This document shows, one piece after another, positions 7,905-17,703 of a stretch of 64,000 nucleotides of DNA. Made by a program: the position numbers and the translations under genes. The DNA comes from an uncultured virus (IMG/VR IMGVR_UViG_3300017963_000263) (taxonomy: Duplodnaviria; Heunggongvirae; Uroviricota; Caudoviricetes): IMG/VR virus record IMGVR_UViG_3300017963_000263. One strand, given 5' to 3'. Each line of letters begins with the position of its first letter. The first letter of the stretch is position 1. Below the pieces are notes generated by a model. That model saw only the letters and a program-made list of their open reading frames with translations. It was not told where the DNA came from and made no database searches.

Positions 7905-8996
7905 ATGTCAGGCAAGTCTCGCGGATTCACCCTCGTGGAACTCATGGTCACGGTCGGCATTATCGCCATGCTGGCGGCCGCAATGCTCGGAGCTGTCCAC
8001 GTCTCGCGTGAGGCAGCCCGGAAACAAAAGACGCAGGCGACGATTCTCAAGATCCATGACGTCGTGATGGCGCAGTATGATTCCTATCGTACGCGCCGCA
8101 TGGAAGTGTTCTCCGACAGCGCCGAGCCGAAGGAACTTGCCCCGCTACGGCTTGTCGCCGTCCGCGACATCATCAGAATGGAAATGCCCGAGCGATGGGC
8201 CGACGTCGTGATGAACCCAGTCGCCGAAACGTCACCCGGCGGCCCTCCGATCCCCCGCCCCGCTCGTTCACGTACCTACCTCCGCCGATACGAGATGGCC
8301 CGGGCGCGCATGGATGCCGCCTATGGCCTCGGCCTCGATCGCGGTGAAGGACAAGAGCGACTGAACCGTTACGGCTCGGCCGAGTGTCTTTACATGATCG
8401 TCGGGAGGAATCCAATACTGCACACGGATGGTGGCGAGCTTGCCAGCGGCGGGGGAGAGTTGGCCCGATTCCACGACAACGAAGTGGGCGATGCCGATGG
8501 CGACGGGTTGTATGAATTTCACGACGGCTGGGGCAACCCGATCATGTTCCTGCGCTGGGCTCCCGGGCTCGTCGGCTCCCCGCTTCAGAAACAGGTGTTT
8601 TTCGATGCCGACGACGACAAGCTATACGAGCGGAACGCAGCAGCCGCGGAGAAGGCCGCCGCGGTCGACCACGACCTCTTCGACTCCCGCAACGTCCAGG
8701 GCAGCGCTTACCGACTCGTCCCGTACATCTACTCCGCTGGGCCTGACGGGATCTATGACGTGAATTTCGAGCCTGGCTATCAATTCACCCAGCAGCGCGA
8801 CCCGTACTCATTCGGCCCTGTCGGCAGTCCGGAACCCAACGAAGCGGGGATTCCGGTGAACAGTTGGAACGTGTCGGTCACGGCAATGGACCCGCCGGAA
8901 GATCCTGCGGACTTGTTGCACGGCCCGAAGCGGACGCCGGACTCGTTGGACAACTTCGACAACATCGACAATCACACGCTGCTGGGAGCGCAATAG
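7905..8996 (+). CDS. Prepilin-type N-terminal cleavage/methylation domain protein (type IV pilin/pseudopilin-like)
   Basis: MSGKSRG|FTLVELMVTVGIIAMLAA; D.WGNPI and IYSAGPDG motifs; only long plus-strand gene. Confidence 0.9.
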   Translation: MSGKSRGFTLVELMVTVGIIAMLAAAMLGAVHVSREAARKQKTQATILKIHDVVMAQYDSYRTRRMEVFSDSAEPKELAPLRLVAVRDIIRMEMPERWADVVMNPVAETSPGGPPIPRPARSRTYLRRYEMARARMDAAYGLGLDRGEGQERLNRYGSAECLYMIVGRNPILHTDGGELASGGGELARFHDNEVGDADGDGLYEFHDGWGNPIMFLRWAPGLVGSPLQKQVFFDADDDKLYERNAAAAEKAAAVDHDLFDSRNVQGSAYRLVPYIYSAGPDGIYDVNFEPGYQFTQQRDPYSFGPVGSPEPNEAGIPVNSWNVSVTAMDPPEDPADLLHGPKRTPDSLDNFDNIDNHTLLGAQ

Positions 8997-9062
8997 TGGT
9001 AAGCATGGCCAGTCTCGGGCGCGGCGGAGCGAAGGCCGCACCCGGCGGGCCCAATGCCCGCG

Positions 9063-9776
9063 TCAGACTGGCCACGGGGCGCTGGGCGTGTGCCAGACCC
9101 CCTGAACCACCACGCTCCTATACACGTCATGGGACGGGGCAAACGCCTCTACCGGTGGCCGCTCGTGGTGCAGGTGGCAGCCGCGGGCCGAACCGAAAAA
9201 CGGCTCCAGCCCGCGACCCTTGGTCAGACAGTCTACGAACCACACGTCCTCCCTGCCTGGTGCAATAAACCGCTCGTCATTCCCCCCCACTGCGTAGAGG
9301 TCGCTCCGGTACACGGCACCCAAGAAGAACAACGGCCGCCGCCCCTTGGGGCCGCATAATTCAACAAGCCCCGGGTTCCGTGGGTGTCCGCACCCCTTGG
9401 GGCGCAACATCTCGTCCGTATTGAGCACGGTCGCCAATACGAAACGGCCGGGGGCCATTTCCTCGACAAGCTGTTCTATCGCCTCGCCCCGGTGAACGAC
9501 ATCGTCGCTCTGACAGATAATGATCTCCCCACGCGCGCGCCGATACGCGGCATTGCGAGCGGGGGCGGGGTTGCGATATTCGTTATCCCACCGCCGCCTA
9601 ATGTAATGCACCCACTCATAGCCCCTGCACACCTCAGCAGTGGCCACTGTTGAAGGCCCGTCGTCAACTACAATCACCTCAAATGCAAAAGGGGGCTGCT
9701 GAATATAGATAGAGTCGAGCACCCGCCGCAAGGGCTCGGGCTTGTCGTGTGTGGCGATACAAATGCTAGCCTTCAT
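9063..9776 (-). CDS. Glycosyltransferase family 2
   Basis: SICIATHD...EVIVVDDG...ARNAAY...QSDD...GGNDERF...ED. Confidence 0.9.
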   Translation of the reverse strand: MKASICIATHDKPEPLRRVLDSIYIQQPPFAFEVIVVDDGPSTVATAEVCRGYEWVHYIRRRWDNEYRNPAPARNAAYRRARGEIIICQSDDVVHRGEAIEQLVEEMAPGRFVLATVLNTDEMLRPKGCGHPRNPGLVELCGPKGRRPLFFLGAVYRSDLYAVGGNDERFIAPGREDVWFVDCLTKGRGLEPFFGSARGCHLHHERPPVEAFAPSHDVYRSVVVQGVWHTPSAPWPV

Positions 9777-10462
9777 TCGCACACCCCCATTTCGCGCAGC
9801 GCACCATGCACCTCGTCCCAATTGGCCACGATCTCCGAATATGGCCGCGTCTCCTGCTTGTGCGTTGCCGGCACCGGGTCGTTCCATCGCAGCCCCAGGT
9901 GCTCGTAAATCCCGCGCACGGTATCTTCCCACCGTTCAACCAGGTCTTCATAGCGGACGGCAAAGTACGTTGACAACAATGCCCGAACCTGCTGCTGGGC
10001 TGATGTCAGCCGAGTTACATGGTAGCGAAACGCTGCCATGTCAAACAGCAGAGGCTCCGGGTGCGTTTGCCTCGGGCGCTCCGAGGCCCACGCCGCATAG
10101 TCGCCGCGCGTTAGGTCGCGGTTGGCAATGGAGACAGACAGGTATTGCCCTAGCACATCGTCTCGCGTCAAGACTATCACCCGGTTGTGAATGCGGCGCA
10201 GCTTCGTCCAGTGTTGGTGCCAGGCGGCGGGGTCCGGCGGGCAACGGCGGAACACGGCCTCGTGAAAATGCTCCATCGCGCCCACGGTCGCGTCGGGGTC
10301 AAGCCGCTTGTAATATTCCGCCAACTCGGTGGGCAGCGCACCCGGCCGCGTGGCGTACCGGCCCTGGTAATCGTGCCACGCCGCAACGTCTGGGTGCGCG
10401 CGAAAGATTGACCGCAGCATGTGCGTACCCGACCGGCCGGAACTGACCAACAGAAAGCGCAT
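9773..10462 (-). CDS. Sulfotransferase (Stf0-like)
   Basis: PAPS loop SSGRSGTHML, LTRDD...YLS, YEDL. Confidence 0.8.
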   Translation of the reverse strand: MRFLLVSSGRSGTHMLRSIFRAHPDVAAWHDYQGRYATRPGALPTELAEYYKRLDPDATVGAMEHFHEAVFRRCPPDPAAWHQHWTKLRRIHNRVIVLTRDDVLGQYLSVSIANRDLTRGDYAAWASERPRQTHPEPLLFDMAAFRYHVTRLTSAQQQVRALLSTYFAVRYEDLVERWEDTVRGIYEHLGLRWNDPVPATHKQETRPYSEIVANWDEVHGALREMGVCE

Positions 10463-10465
10463 CGC

Positions 10466-11392
10466 TCATCCCCAGTTCTTGCAGTGATCCAGGCACATCT
10501 TGCATGTACCCGCCTTTGTTTGCGCGCGGAACTCTTGGTATTTCGGGCTGTTCCACACCTCTTCCCACGGTTGCTCCAGCACGTTGCCAAAGCCATACGT
10601 CGGCGGAATGAAGCAACAGGGCTGGACCGTGCCGTCCATATTGATTACGAGTTGCTGTGAGGGGCTTTGGCATAACGGCATTCGCTGCCTTACCACCTCC
10701 CGCCGCTCGTCCGTCGTCAAGAAGCCTCGGACGACCTTTTTCTCCTTGCCCATGATTGCGTTCGCTTCCTCGATGGCCTGGAGGTTCTCGGGCGTTTCGT
10801 GCAGCACAAGGTCCTCGTCATACTGGCCGTTCTCCATCCCAGTCTGCACGGGGTCGCATAGGGGAAGGAAGCGCATTTCATCGGCCCCTACCTCCAGAGC
10901 GAAGCGGGCTAACGCAGGAGCCTCCAGGACGTTCTTTTGCGTGACGACTGCGGCGATAACAGCACGGTAGTCGTGCGGCCTGGCCATCATAGCTCGCGTG
11001 TTCGCCACGACGGTGGGCCAATGTCCTTTGGTGCCGGTCAGGGCGTCATACGTGTCCGGCACAAGGGAGTGCAGGGAAATCACGATCTCGCCCAGCCGAT
11101 AGCGCCGCACCAACTCAGGCCGCAACCTGTGCCCATTGGTCGAGAAGCAAATGCGGCCCGGCTTGGTGTCAAAATACTCCAGCAGTTGCTCGAAGAACGG
11201 CAGTAGTGTTACCTCGCCGCACCCGCCGATGTTCAGGTCTTTGGCGCTGCTCCACAAGGCGTCCAGCTTGGTAGTGATATCCTCATAGGACCAGTGCCAC
11301 ATATCTTTAACGTGCAGACGGTTAGAGCAGAACCGGCAGCGGTAGTGGCACACTGAAGTGAAGACGGCTGTAACATTGCTTGGGGGCTTCAC
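10466..11392 (-). CDS. Radical SAM/SPASM protein
   Basis: CHYRCRFC; C-terminal DGTVQPCC...FGNV...CKMC. Confidence 0.9.
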   Translation of the reverse strand: MKPPSNVTAVFTSVCHYRCRFCSNRLHVKDMWHWSYEDITTKLDALWSSAKDLNIGGCGEVTLLPFFEQLLEYFDTKPGRICFSTNGHRLRPELVRRYRLGEIVISLHSLVPDTYDALTGTKGHWPTVVANTRAMMARPHDYRAVIAAVVTQKNVLEAPALARFALEVGADEMRFLPLCDPVQTGMENGQYDEDLVLHETPENLQAIEEANAIMGKEKKVVRGFLTTDERREVVRQRMPLCQSPSQQLVINMDGTVQPCCFIPPTYGFGNVLEQPWEEVWNSPKYQEFRAQTKAGTCKMCLDHCKNWG

Positions 11393-11401
11393 GCAAATAC
11401 C

Positions 11402-12655
11402 CTACTTGTATATGGGGGTGTCTAGTGACGGGTCAATGGGCCTGCGAATTACCGAGCGGCGAAAGTAGTCTTCGGATGAGCCGATCAGGCTCATGTCAAT
11501 TAGGTCGCGCTCCGTACAGTAGTCGTAAAGTCGTGTGCCCGGCAGCGGGAAAAACCAGGTCATCTGGCTATGATTCGGCCGAAGCCGGTTGTTTAGCCGC
11601 CGGGTCGCAACAGTCAACCGGTTATCAAACGAGACCGGAAACCCTCGCATGTTGTAGGTGGTAATCCAGATATCGGGAATGGTCCGCAGCAACCGAAAGG
11701 CGGCTTTGAGTTGCGTGTTACTGTCGCGCCGATTTAGCCAGCGCCTCCGGAACTCCTCGTTGCCGCACTCTACACCGCTCGCCACGTACGTACAGCCAGT
11801 GCGACGGAGCAGGTCAACCAAATCGTCATCCACCGTATCGGCCCGAAACATGCAGCCGTAGGGTATGCCGACTTCTTTGTGTACGGCCGTGAACAGCTCG
11901 GCAACGAATCGTTTGTCGAAGGTAATCATCTCATCGCCGAAATACGCCAACTCCAGCGGATACGTGTCACGCAAGTGCTTGAGTTCGGCAATTACCGTAT
12001 CGACACAATGGGTGCGCAGCAATCCCTTGCGATACAAACGGAGAAAACTGCTGTTGCAGCAGTAGGTACAACTATATGGACACCCGCGCGTAGCGAAGAC
12101 GTAACAGAACCCGGGGAACAGATTGCCGCGCTCCCGAATGACCGAGCCCGGATTCCACGCCTCATAATCAAATCGCGGCAACGAGTCCAGGGGTGTTGGC
12201 GGTCGGAGCGGGTTGGTGACTACGCGGCGGCCCACCCGATAAACGAGATTGCGGATGTTTGTGAGGTTCCTGCCTCGCTCAATGGAATCTAGCACCTCGA
12301 CTACGAAGCCCTCGCCCTCGCCGACACAGAGATAGTCAATCGCGGCACAACTGCGCAACAGGTCACCGCCGCACACGGTTGCGTGCGCGCCCCCCAGGAT
12401 GATCGGTACATCGGGCAAGAGCGCCTTGATCGTGCGGGCCGTCGCCGCGGCCCGCTCCCAGTATAGACTCGTGGCCGACAGGAGCACAGCGCCGTACTCG
12501 CCGCCAAGTATCTGGTTGATGGCCCCTTCGTTGCCGATCCATACGGTATCCAGCAACTCCACGTCATGCCCAGCATCCCTGGCACACTGGAGCACATACC
12601 CCACGCCACGACTGATGAGCTTGTCGTTGTTGAAGTAGATCAGCGCTGCTCTCAT
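11402..12655 (-). CDS. Cobalamin-binding radical SAM protein (class B methyltransferase-like)
   Basis: ILGGAHAT, VGEGE, TRGCPYSCTYC, PLPGT. Confidence 0.9.
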   Translation of the reverse strand: MRAALIYFNNDKLISRGVGYVLQCARDAGHDVELLDTVWIGNEGAINQILGGEYGAVLLSATSLYWERAAATARTIKALLPDVPIILGGAHATVCGGDLLRSCAAIDYLCVGEGEGFVVEVLDSIERGRNLTNIRNLVYRVGRRVVTNPLRPPTPLDSLPRFDYEAWNPGSVIRERGNLFPGFCYVFATRGCPYSCTYCCNSSFLRLYRKGLLRTHCVDTVIAELKHLRDTYPLELAYFGDEMITFDKRFVAELFTAVHKEVGIPYGCMFRADTVDDDLVDLLRRTGCTYVASGVECGNEEFRRRWLNRRDSNTQLKAAFRLLRTIPDIWITTYNMRGFPVSFDNRLTVATRRLNNRLRPNHSQMTWFFPLPGTRLYDYCTERDLIDMSLIGSSEDYFRRSVIRRPIDPSLDTPIYK

Positions 12656-14175
12656 TCTTCCAGTTGCCTCCAGACGTTGTTGTTACAGAGGCATGCCCCG
12701 CAAATCGGCAGGTCATCAGCCCGTTTGTGAAACCGGGCATTGAAATCCTCATCAAACCCACAATGCAACGAGCCTGCGTCCGCTCCGATGTGCCGGTGGT
12801 TTGCGAACGCCATGCAGCAATACCACACGTTGCCATACAGATACATGAGCTGTCGTACAACGCGCCCGCTGCTGTCACGCCGTTGCGAACAGTCCGCCGG
12901 CAGGCAACCTACCTGCACCTCCGTAGGCGGCACACGGTGCGGCAACTCGTTCCAAGTAACCGCCACCCCGAGCCGCCGGTGTGTGTCGGCGTCCTCTGCC
13001 GTGCATTGGTTAGCCGAGACGACGTACCGTAATCCATAGCGGTTCGCTGTTTCTGCGACGTTGGCCGCATCGCGTCCGTTCGTGACAAACGTCACGGCGT
13101 CCGTAATGCCCGACTCTTGTAGTAGGCCGATACTTTCCGCGAACAACGGCCAGAGCGTAGGCTCGCCGCCGGATAATTCAATGGTCGCAAAATGAATCCC
13201 ACGCGATCGACAAGACTCTATGAACTGTTCTAGCTCGTCCCGGCCCATTTCGTAGTCAGGCCGTTCGCTTCTCGTGACAGCCTGGTTACAGTGCGGGCAC
13301 GCCAAGTTGCAGCGACTCGTAACCCACAAGACCAAGTGCAGCGGCGCACCGTCCCACGGTGCGTGTGAGTCGATTAGCTCACCCCACGGCCGGTTGACGT
13401 TGCGCACGAGTTGCCCGGCGCGTTCCTTGCGCAAACGAATGTTGTACGCAAACCCGGGATCGGCCTCTAGCTCTTTGATACCCCTCCGCCCATGGTACAA
13501 ATGGATTGCCTCTGCGCCCGGCGGTGCGTACACGTAGCGGCACCCGATAGCCTGTAGCCGGTCGAGTAGATCGCAGTCCTCCGAAGCGCACCCGATGAAG
13601 TCCTCATCGTATCCACCCACGTACAACAAGTGTTCACGCCGCACGGCCAGGAAGAACGGTACATCAGGGTTCGCCGGATAGAAACCGGGCGGGCGGGGGC
13701 CCTTGCGTATGCGGTCCACTACTTCGCCTAGGTGATGGGCGACCGTGGCCTTGGCCTTACCCAAGAGCGTAACCAGCCGGCCGTCGTCGTCGTACACGTC
13801 GTGCAGCGTGCTCATGGCCATGCGGTCGTTTTCGGCGGCTGCAATCACTGGCCGCAGGGTCTCGCCGATATGGAAAATGTCCGAGTTGGTTAGGACGACG
13901 ATTTCCCCCGTCGCCTGCTGAATCCCTACGTTGGCAGCAAACCCCATACACCGCCAGTATGCTTGTGTGCGCGTGCCGGTGTGAATGTGACGCACGTTCA
14001 AGCCGGCCACAACCGGCGAGGTGCGGCACAGCGACTCCGTTTCTTCGCGGTGCCCGTCATTGGCCACAATCACTTCGTGATCCATTTGCCCCAGCCCTTG
14101 ACGTTGGAGGCTGCCAAGCGCGTAGCGCAGGAAGGTGTCGCGGTTGCAGGTCGTCATCACAATGGAGAACTTCAT
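12652..14175 (-). CDS. GT2 glycosyltransferase fused to a radical SAM domain
   Basis: N-half VANDG...TNSD...GGYDEDF..SED; C-half CNLACPHC...SGGEPTL. Confidence 0.85.
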   Translation of the reverse strand: MKFSIVMTTCNRDTFLRYALGSLQRQGLGQMDHEVIVANDGHREETESLCRTSPVVAGLNVRHIHTGTRTQAYWRCMGFAANVGIQQATGEIVVLTNSDIFHIGETLRPVIAAAENDRMAMSTLHDVYDDDGRLVTLLGKAKATVAHHLGEVVDRIRKGPRPPGFYPANPDVPFFLAVRREHLLYVGGYDEDFIGCASEDCDLLDRLQAIGCRYVYAPPGAEAIHLYHGRRGIKELEADPGFAYNIRLRKERAGQLVRNVNRPWGELIDSHAPWDGAPLHLVLWVTSRCNLACPHCNQAVTRSERPDYEMGRDELEQFIESCRSRGIHFATIELSGGEPTLWPLFAESIGLLQESGITDAVTFVTNGRDAANVAETANRYGLRYVVSANQCTAEDADTHRRLGVAVTWNELPHRVPPTEVQVGCLPADCSQRRDSSGRVVRQLMYLYGNVWYCCMAFANHRHIGADAGSLHCGFDEDFNARFHKRADDLPICGACLCNNNVWRQLEE

Positions 14176-14927
14176 TGTGCTTTACATCTCCCGTATTCTT
14201 CCTGCCACCTCGTGACCCATCGCCATCGTGGATCGTTGGCCTTCAGTCGCGGGCTCCACGGGTTCGCATTGCCGCCCGTAAAGTGAATGACCCGTTTTGC
14301 ATGGTCCGGGACTCCCGGCATGTTCACGTCGTAGCTCTCGTTGTACTCGACAGGCAGCACGCCGGTCTCGTAGCGGTGCAACTGGAAGTAGTGGTTGAGG
14401 TAGCCTTGATCGCCCCCGTCGTATGCTAGGCACACTCCATCGGCAATGTCGCGCAGCAGGTCATCGTGAAACGTGGACGGCAGGTGCCGGAAGTCGAATA
14501 CCATTGTGCCCGCGTTGAACAACCGGCTACTATCTAGGCCGATCGTCCGGATAATCTTGTCGTAATAGACGACGCTGGCCGTGTCCCGACAAGCGTAGAA
14601 AGGCAATCGCCCGATAGAGCCGCTCCACAGATAGGAGCAATCGCCCACGCAGAGCATGTCTGCATCCATCAAGATCAGCCGGTCGACCCCAAGGGTCAGT
14701 GCTTGGAATTTCTTTGCCACCTCGGAGAAATGCGTCTCGCTTACCCGTACCCACGAATAGTCAACAGACAGCGGATACGCTTGGGCAAACGTGCAGGTAT
14801 CCATCCCCACGGCGTAACAGTCGACGCTATCCGGCAGGTTGCCGTAGCGCCGCAACGTGTGGAACATCACCTCAGCCCCAACGGCATAGTCACCTGTTGC
14901 AAGGATGGCAAGTGCGGTTTTCATCAC
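14172..14927 (-). CDS. Glycosyltransferase family 8
   Basis: MDADML, FNAG, GGDQGYLN, IHFTG. Confidence 0.85.
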   Translation of the reverse strand: MMKTALAILATGDYAVGAEVMFHTLRRYGNLPDSVDCYAVGMDTCTFAQAYPLSVDYSWVRVSETHFSEVAKKFQALTLGVDRLILMDADMLCVGDCSYLWSGSIGRLPFYACRDTASVVYYDKIIRTIGLDSSRLFNAGTMVFDFRHLPSTFHDDLLRDIADGVCLAYDGGDQGYLNHYFQLHRYETGVLPVEYNESYDVNMPGVPDHAKRVIHFTGGNANPWSPRLKANDPRWRWVTRWQEEYGRCKAQ

Positions 14928-15985
14928 ACAAACCCTACATGGGGAGGCAAGGGGGTCAGCGCGTACTCAATTGCGCGATTCTTCTCGTTGAACATGCAAC
15001 GGACACACCGGCGGGGGTCGAGATTGTCGAGCACCGCGCGGACTTTTTCGGAGTCCCACAGCTCGGCAAACCGCTGCTCTTGAAACGAGCCCAACCGCCC
15101 GGCCTTGTTGTAAGCGTAGATACAGCACACGTAGGCGTTCTGGTCCGCTCCCAAATACGTTACCAGGCGACTCTGCCCGCAACGGTCGTAGTCGGGGCTT
15201 GCCTGCTCCAAGTCTTCCAGCCGGTCGCCAAACAGATCGAACACCCGGAACGACTCCGTTTCCATGGCCTTGGCTTCGCGGCACAAGTCGCGCGCGGCGT
15301 GATAGAACGATCGGAAGTAGGCAATGCCCCGATTCTGAAACAGCGCGCTAATCCGGAAGTTGTCGGCCCCGTCTTCGCGCGCGTGCCTGCATGCCTGTGC
15401 TATCTCTTGCCAGTTGTACTCGTTGACGACGAACCCCACGCCCACAACGCAGTCCGGGCCTTTCTCGCTGGTGAGTCGCCGCAAGTTGCCGCGCACTCTC
15501 TGGTAGGTGTCCAGGGGTGCCCGGCGATATCGGCCGTATGTTTCCGGGGTCGCAGCATCGAAGCTGAACCGCACCCACGCGGCCTGTTTGAGTAGGTCAA
15601 CGTGGCGCTGGGACCAGCTCACACCATTCGTCACTAGGGCCAGGCTGATGTCGGCCTTGAGGATGCAATGACACAGATCGAGAAAGCGGGGGTGTACCGT
15701 GGGCTCGCCGCCCCCGGTCAACTGAATGGCCTGCACGCCCATGGCCGAGCAGTCGCGCACCACTTCCCGGAGCTTTGCCCAAGGGATCTCGTCGCGCTGC
15801 TCAAAGTCCTGGCCGGAAGTGTATTCCGCATTGCGGTAGGCGCACCCGCGGCAGTTCTGGTTGCAGCGGTTCGTTGGGATCAACTGGACGTGCAGCGGTG
15901 GGGGGTGCTGCCCTGCCTGGATGGCGTCAATGCGGTCCCGATGATGGAACACCTTGAGGGGACTATAGCAGTGCAAATCAATCAT
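14924..15985 (-). CDS. Radical SAM/SPASM protein
   Basis: CNQNCRGC, TGGGEPT, YVCC...CVRC. Confidence 0.9.
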   Translation of the reverse strand: MIDLHCYSPLKVFHHRDRIDAIQAGQHPPPLHVQLIPTNRCNQNCRGCAYRNAEYTSGQDFEQRDEIPWAKLREVVRDCSAMGVQAIQLTGGGEPTVHPRFLDLCHCILKADISLALVTNGVSWSQRHVDLLKQAAWVRFSFDAATPETYGRYRRAPLDTYQRVRGNLRRLTSEKGPDCVVGVGFVVNEYNWQEIAQACRHAREDGADNFRISALFQNRGIAYFRSFYHAARDLCREAKAMETESFRVFDLFGDRLEDLEQASPDYDRCGQSRLVTYLGADQNAYVCCIYAYNKAGRLGSFQEQRFAELWDSEKVRAVLDNLDPRRCVRCMFNEKNRAIEYALTPLPPHVGFV

Positions 15986-16730
15986 TGATCCACTCCGTTG
16001 CGTCGAAAGTCTCGCCGGGAAACGTCTTGGCCGTCGGCATCTTGGCGCTGCCAAGAGAGCTGCGCTTCCCGGTGTGCTGAATTAGGCTGGGAGCGTGAAT
16101 GTATTCCCGCCACTCGTTTAGGTTCATCGCCGTCACAACGGCCCCGTCAATGCGGGAATAGGCACGCGGAAGGCCGTTCTTCGTGCCGCCCTTGTCCCTG
16201 CCCTGGTAGTCGTGAAAGCGTCGGGCCAAGTAGCCAGAATCGAGTAAGGCAATCATCGCCGCTCGGTCGAACACCAGCCCCACCGCGCCCCGTCCTGTCT
16301 GCCACTGCTCCGACTTGTCTAAGGTGCTCGCCTCGTACCATCCCGGCGGCTTGTCCCGTACGAGCGTCTCGTTGGACTCTTGGAACGTGTAGAGGTTGAG
16401 GTAGCCGTTTGCTGGATAGGGTGTGCGCTCTAGGTACTGGCGTAGATGCCGCACGGCTAGGAGGTCGTCTTGAAAGATGGCGTAGCGGTCTGCCTCCGGC
16501 GAACGCAGGTACAACTCCCACGCCGACAGCACCCAATGCGGATAAGCATGCACATGAGGAAACCGCGTGGTGATGGGCAGGTCGAAGTGCCGGTAGTCTA
16601 CGTCAGTTTCCGCACCGTCTACGAACAGGCGAGGTTCCCCGAACCCTGCCAGTGCGAGGGAATGGAGCGTCTGCGGCAAGAGCGCGTCCAACCGCTCGGG
16701 CACCGTCGTGACTCCATATGCCCATTTCAT
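15978..16730 (-). CDS. Probable GT-A fold glycosyltransferase
   Basis: IFQDD DxD-like motif; PSLIQHTG..S. Confidence 0.6.
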   Translation of the reverse strand: MKWAYGVTTVPERLDALLPQTLHSLALAGFGEPRLFVDGAETDVDYRHFDLPITTRFPHVHAYPHWVLSAWELYLRSPEADRYAIFQDDLLAVRHLRQYLERTPYPANGYLNLYTFQESNETLVRDKPPGWYEASTLDKSEQWQTGRGAVGLVFDRAAMIALLDSGYLARRFHDYQGRDKGGTKNGLPRAYSRIDGAVVTAMNLNEWREYIHAPSLIQHTGKRSSLGSAKMPTAKTFPGETFDATEWIND

Positions 16731-17134
16731 TCCAGCAGCTCCTCCAGTTCCTTTGCCGCTTCCCGGTTGCCCCTGAACAGCCCCCGGGCTTTTTTCTCCA
16801 CCCATGCGTGCAGGAGGTTCAGCCGCTCCTTTCGCTCCTTGCACCTGCACGGCCGCCCCACCCACCTTGTGACGCGCTCTGCGGTAATGCCTACGGCTGT
16901 GAGTGCGGTTTCTACGTGGTCCCCCAGGCGTTTCCTGGGGGGTGGCGTAGGGTTTGCGACAAGGTTCGCCTCGGGGCGTTCCCTTACAACCCGTGAACGA
17001 AGTTGCGTGAGCGCATTAGATGCCCTGCACGTCCTTTTACGGCTTAGCTCCATAGGGCTCTTCCGATCAGGGTCGCATATTGGGCAGTAACCTAAACCGC
17101 CCCCAATGTCCACTAGTCTACAGATTTGGCTCAT
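16727..17134 (-). CDS. Hypothetical protein (LGD.VE...CRCKERKERLN)
   Basis: Translationally coupled to both neighbours. Confidence 0.65.
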   Translation of the reverse strand: MSQICRLVDIGGGLGYCPICDPDRKSPMELSRKRTCRASNALTQLRSRVVRERPEANLVANPTPPPRKRLGDHVETALTAVGITAERVTRWVGRPCRCKERKERLNLLHAWVEKKARGLFRGNREAAKELEELLE

Positions 17135-17703
17135 GTGATTACCGGAGTGACGGTAAGCGTATCTGGATAGCTGTCTTTGTCATAAGGGTAGAAATACTCT
17201 AATTCACCGGCATTAGGCGGGCACGGTTCCCTAACCTGACCATCATCCCGGTATGACTCGAAGCTTAAAGTCTGTTCACCGTTCGACCCAGGGAACCAAT
17301 CATAGCCGTATGTCCATTCTTGGAGAAATTGATTCCAGCCAAATCTGTCATGCCTAATTGCAACAATCAGCGACCACGAGCAATAATAGTCGGGCGCTCT
17401 ACACCTCACCCCTGCTGATATGTAGAGGTCCCAAGCATCACCACAATCGCAGTCGGGGTCAACGCAGTAGTTGTTCTCAGTGTATGTAAAGTCAAAGCAC
17501 AACGTAGGGAATATGCCAGTAAGGTTATAGTCCCCACTGAAGTCACCACAACTTGTGCAGTAGTCCGGTGCAAATGCCCCGGCAGGGATGGTTAAGTCCA
17601 CTGTCATGTTGCCTGCTGGCCTACACTTAGGGACACAACCCCCTTCACAGGTGCCAACACAGCAACTACAATCCCCATCAGTACCGTTGTACCAACCCAT
17701 CAC
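17131..17703 (-). CDS. Cys-rich distal tail/receptor-binding candidate
   Basis: CSCC...C..GC; position after tail genes; visibly lower GC. Confidence 0.55.
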   Translation of the reverse strand: MMGWYNGTDGDCSCCVGTCEGGCVPKCRPAGNMTVDLTIPAGAFAPDYCTSCGDFSGDYNLTGIFPTLCFDFTYTENNYCVDPDCDCGDAWDLYISAGVRCRAPDYYCSWSLIVAIRHDRFGWNQFLQEWTYGYDWFPGSNGEQTLSFESYRDDGQVREPCPPNAGELEYFYPYDKDSYPDTLTVTPVIT

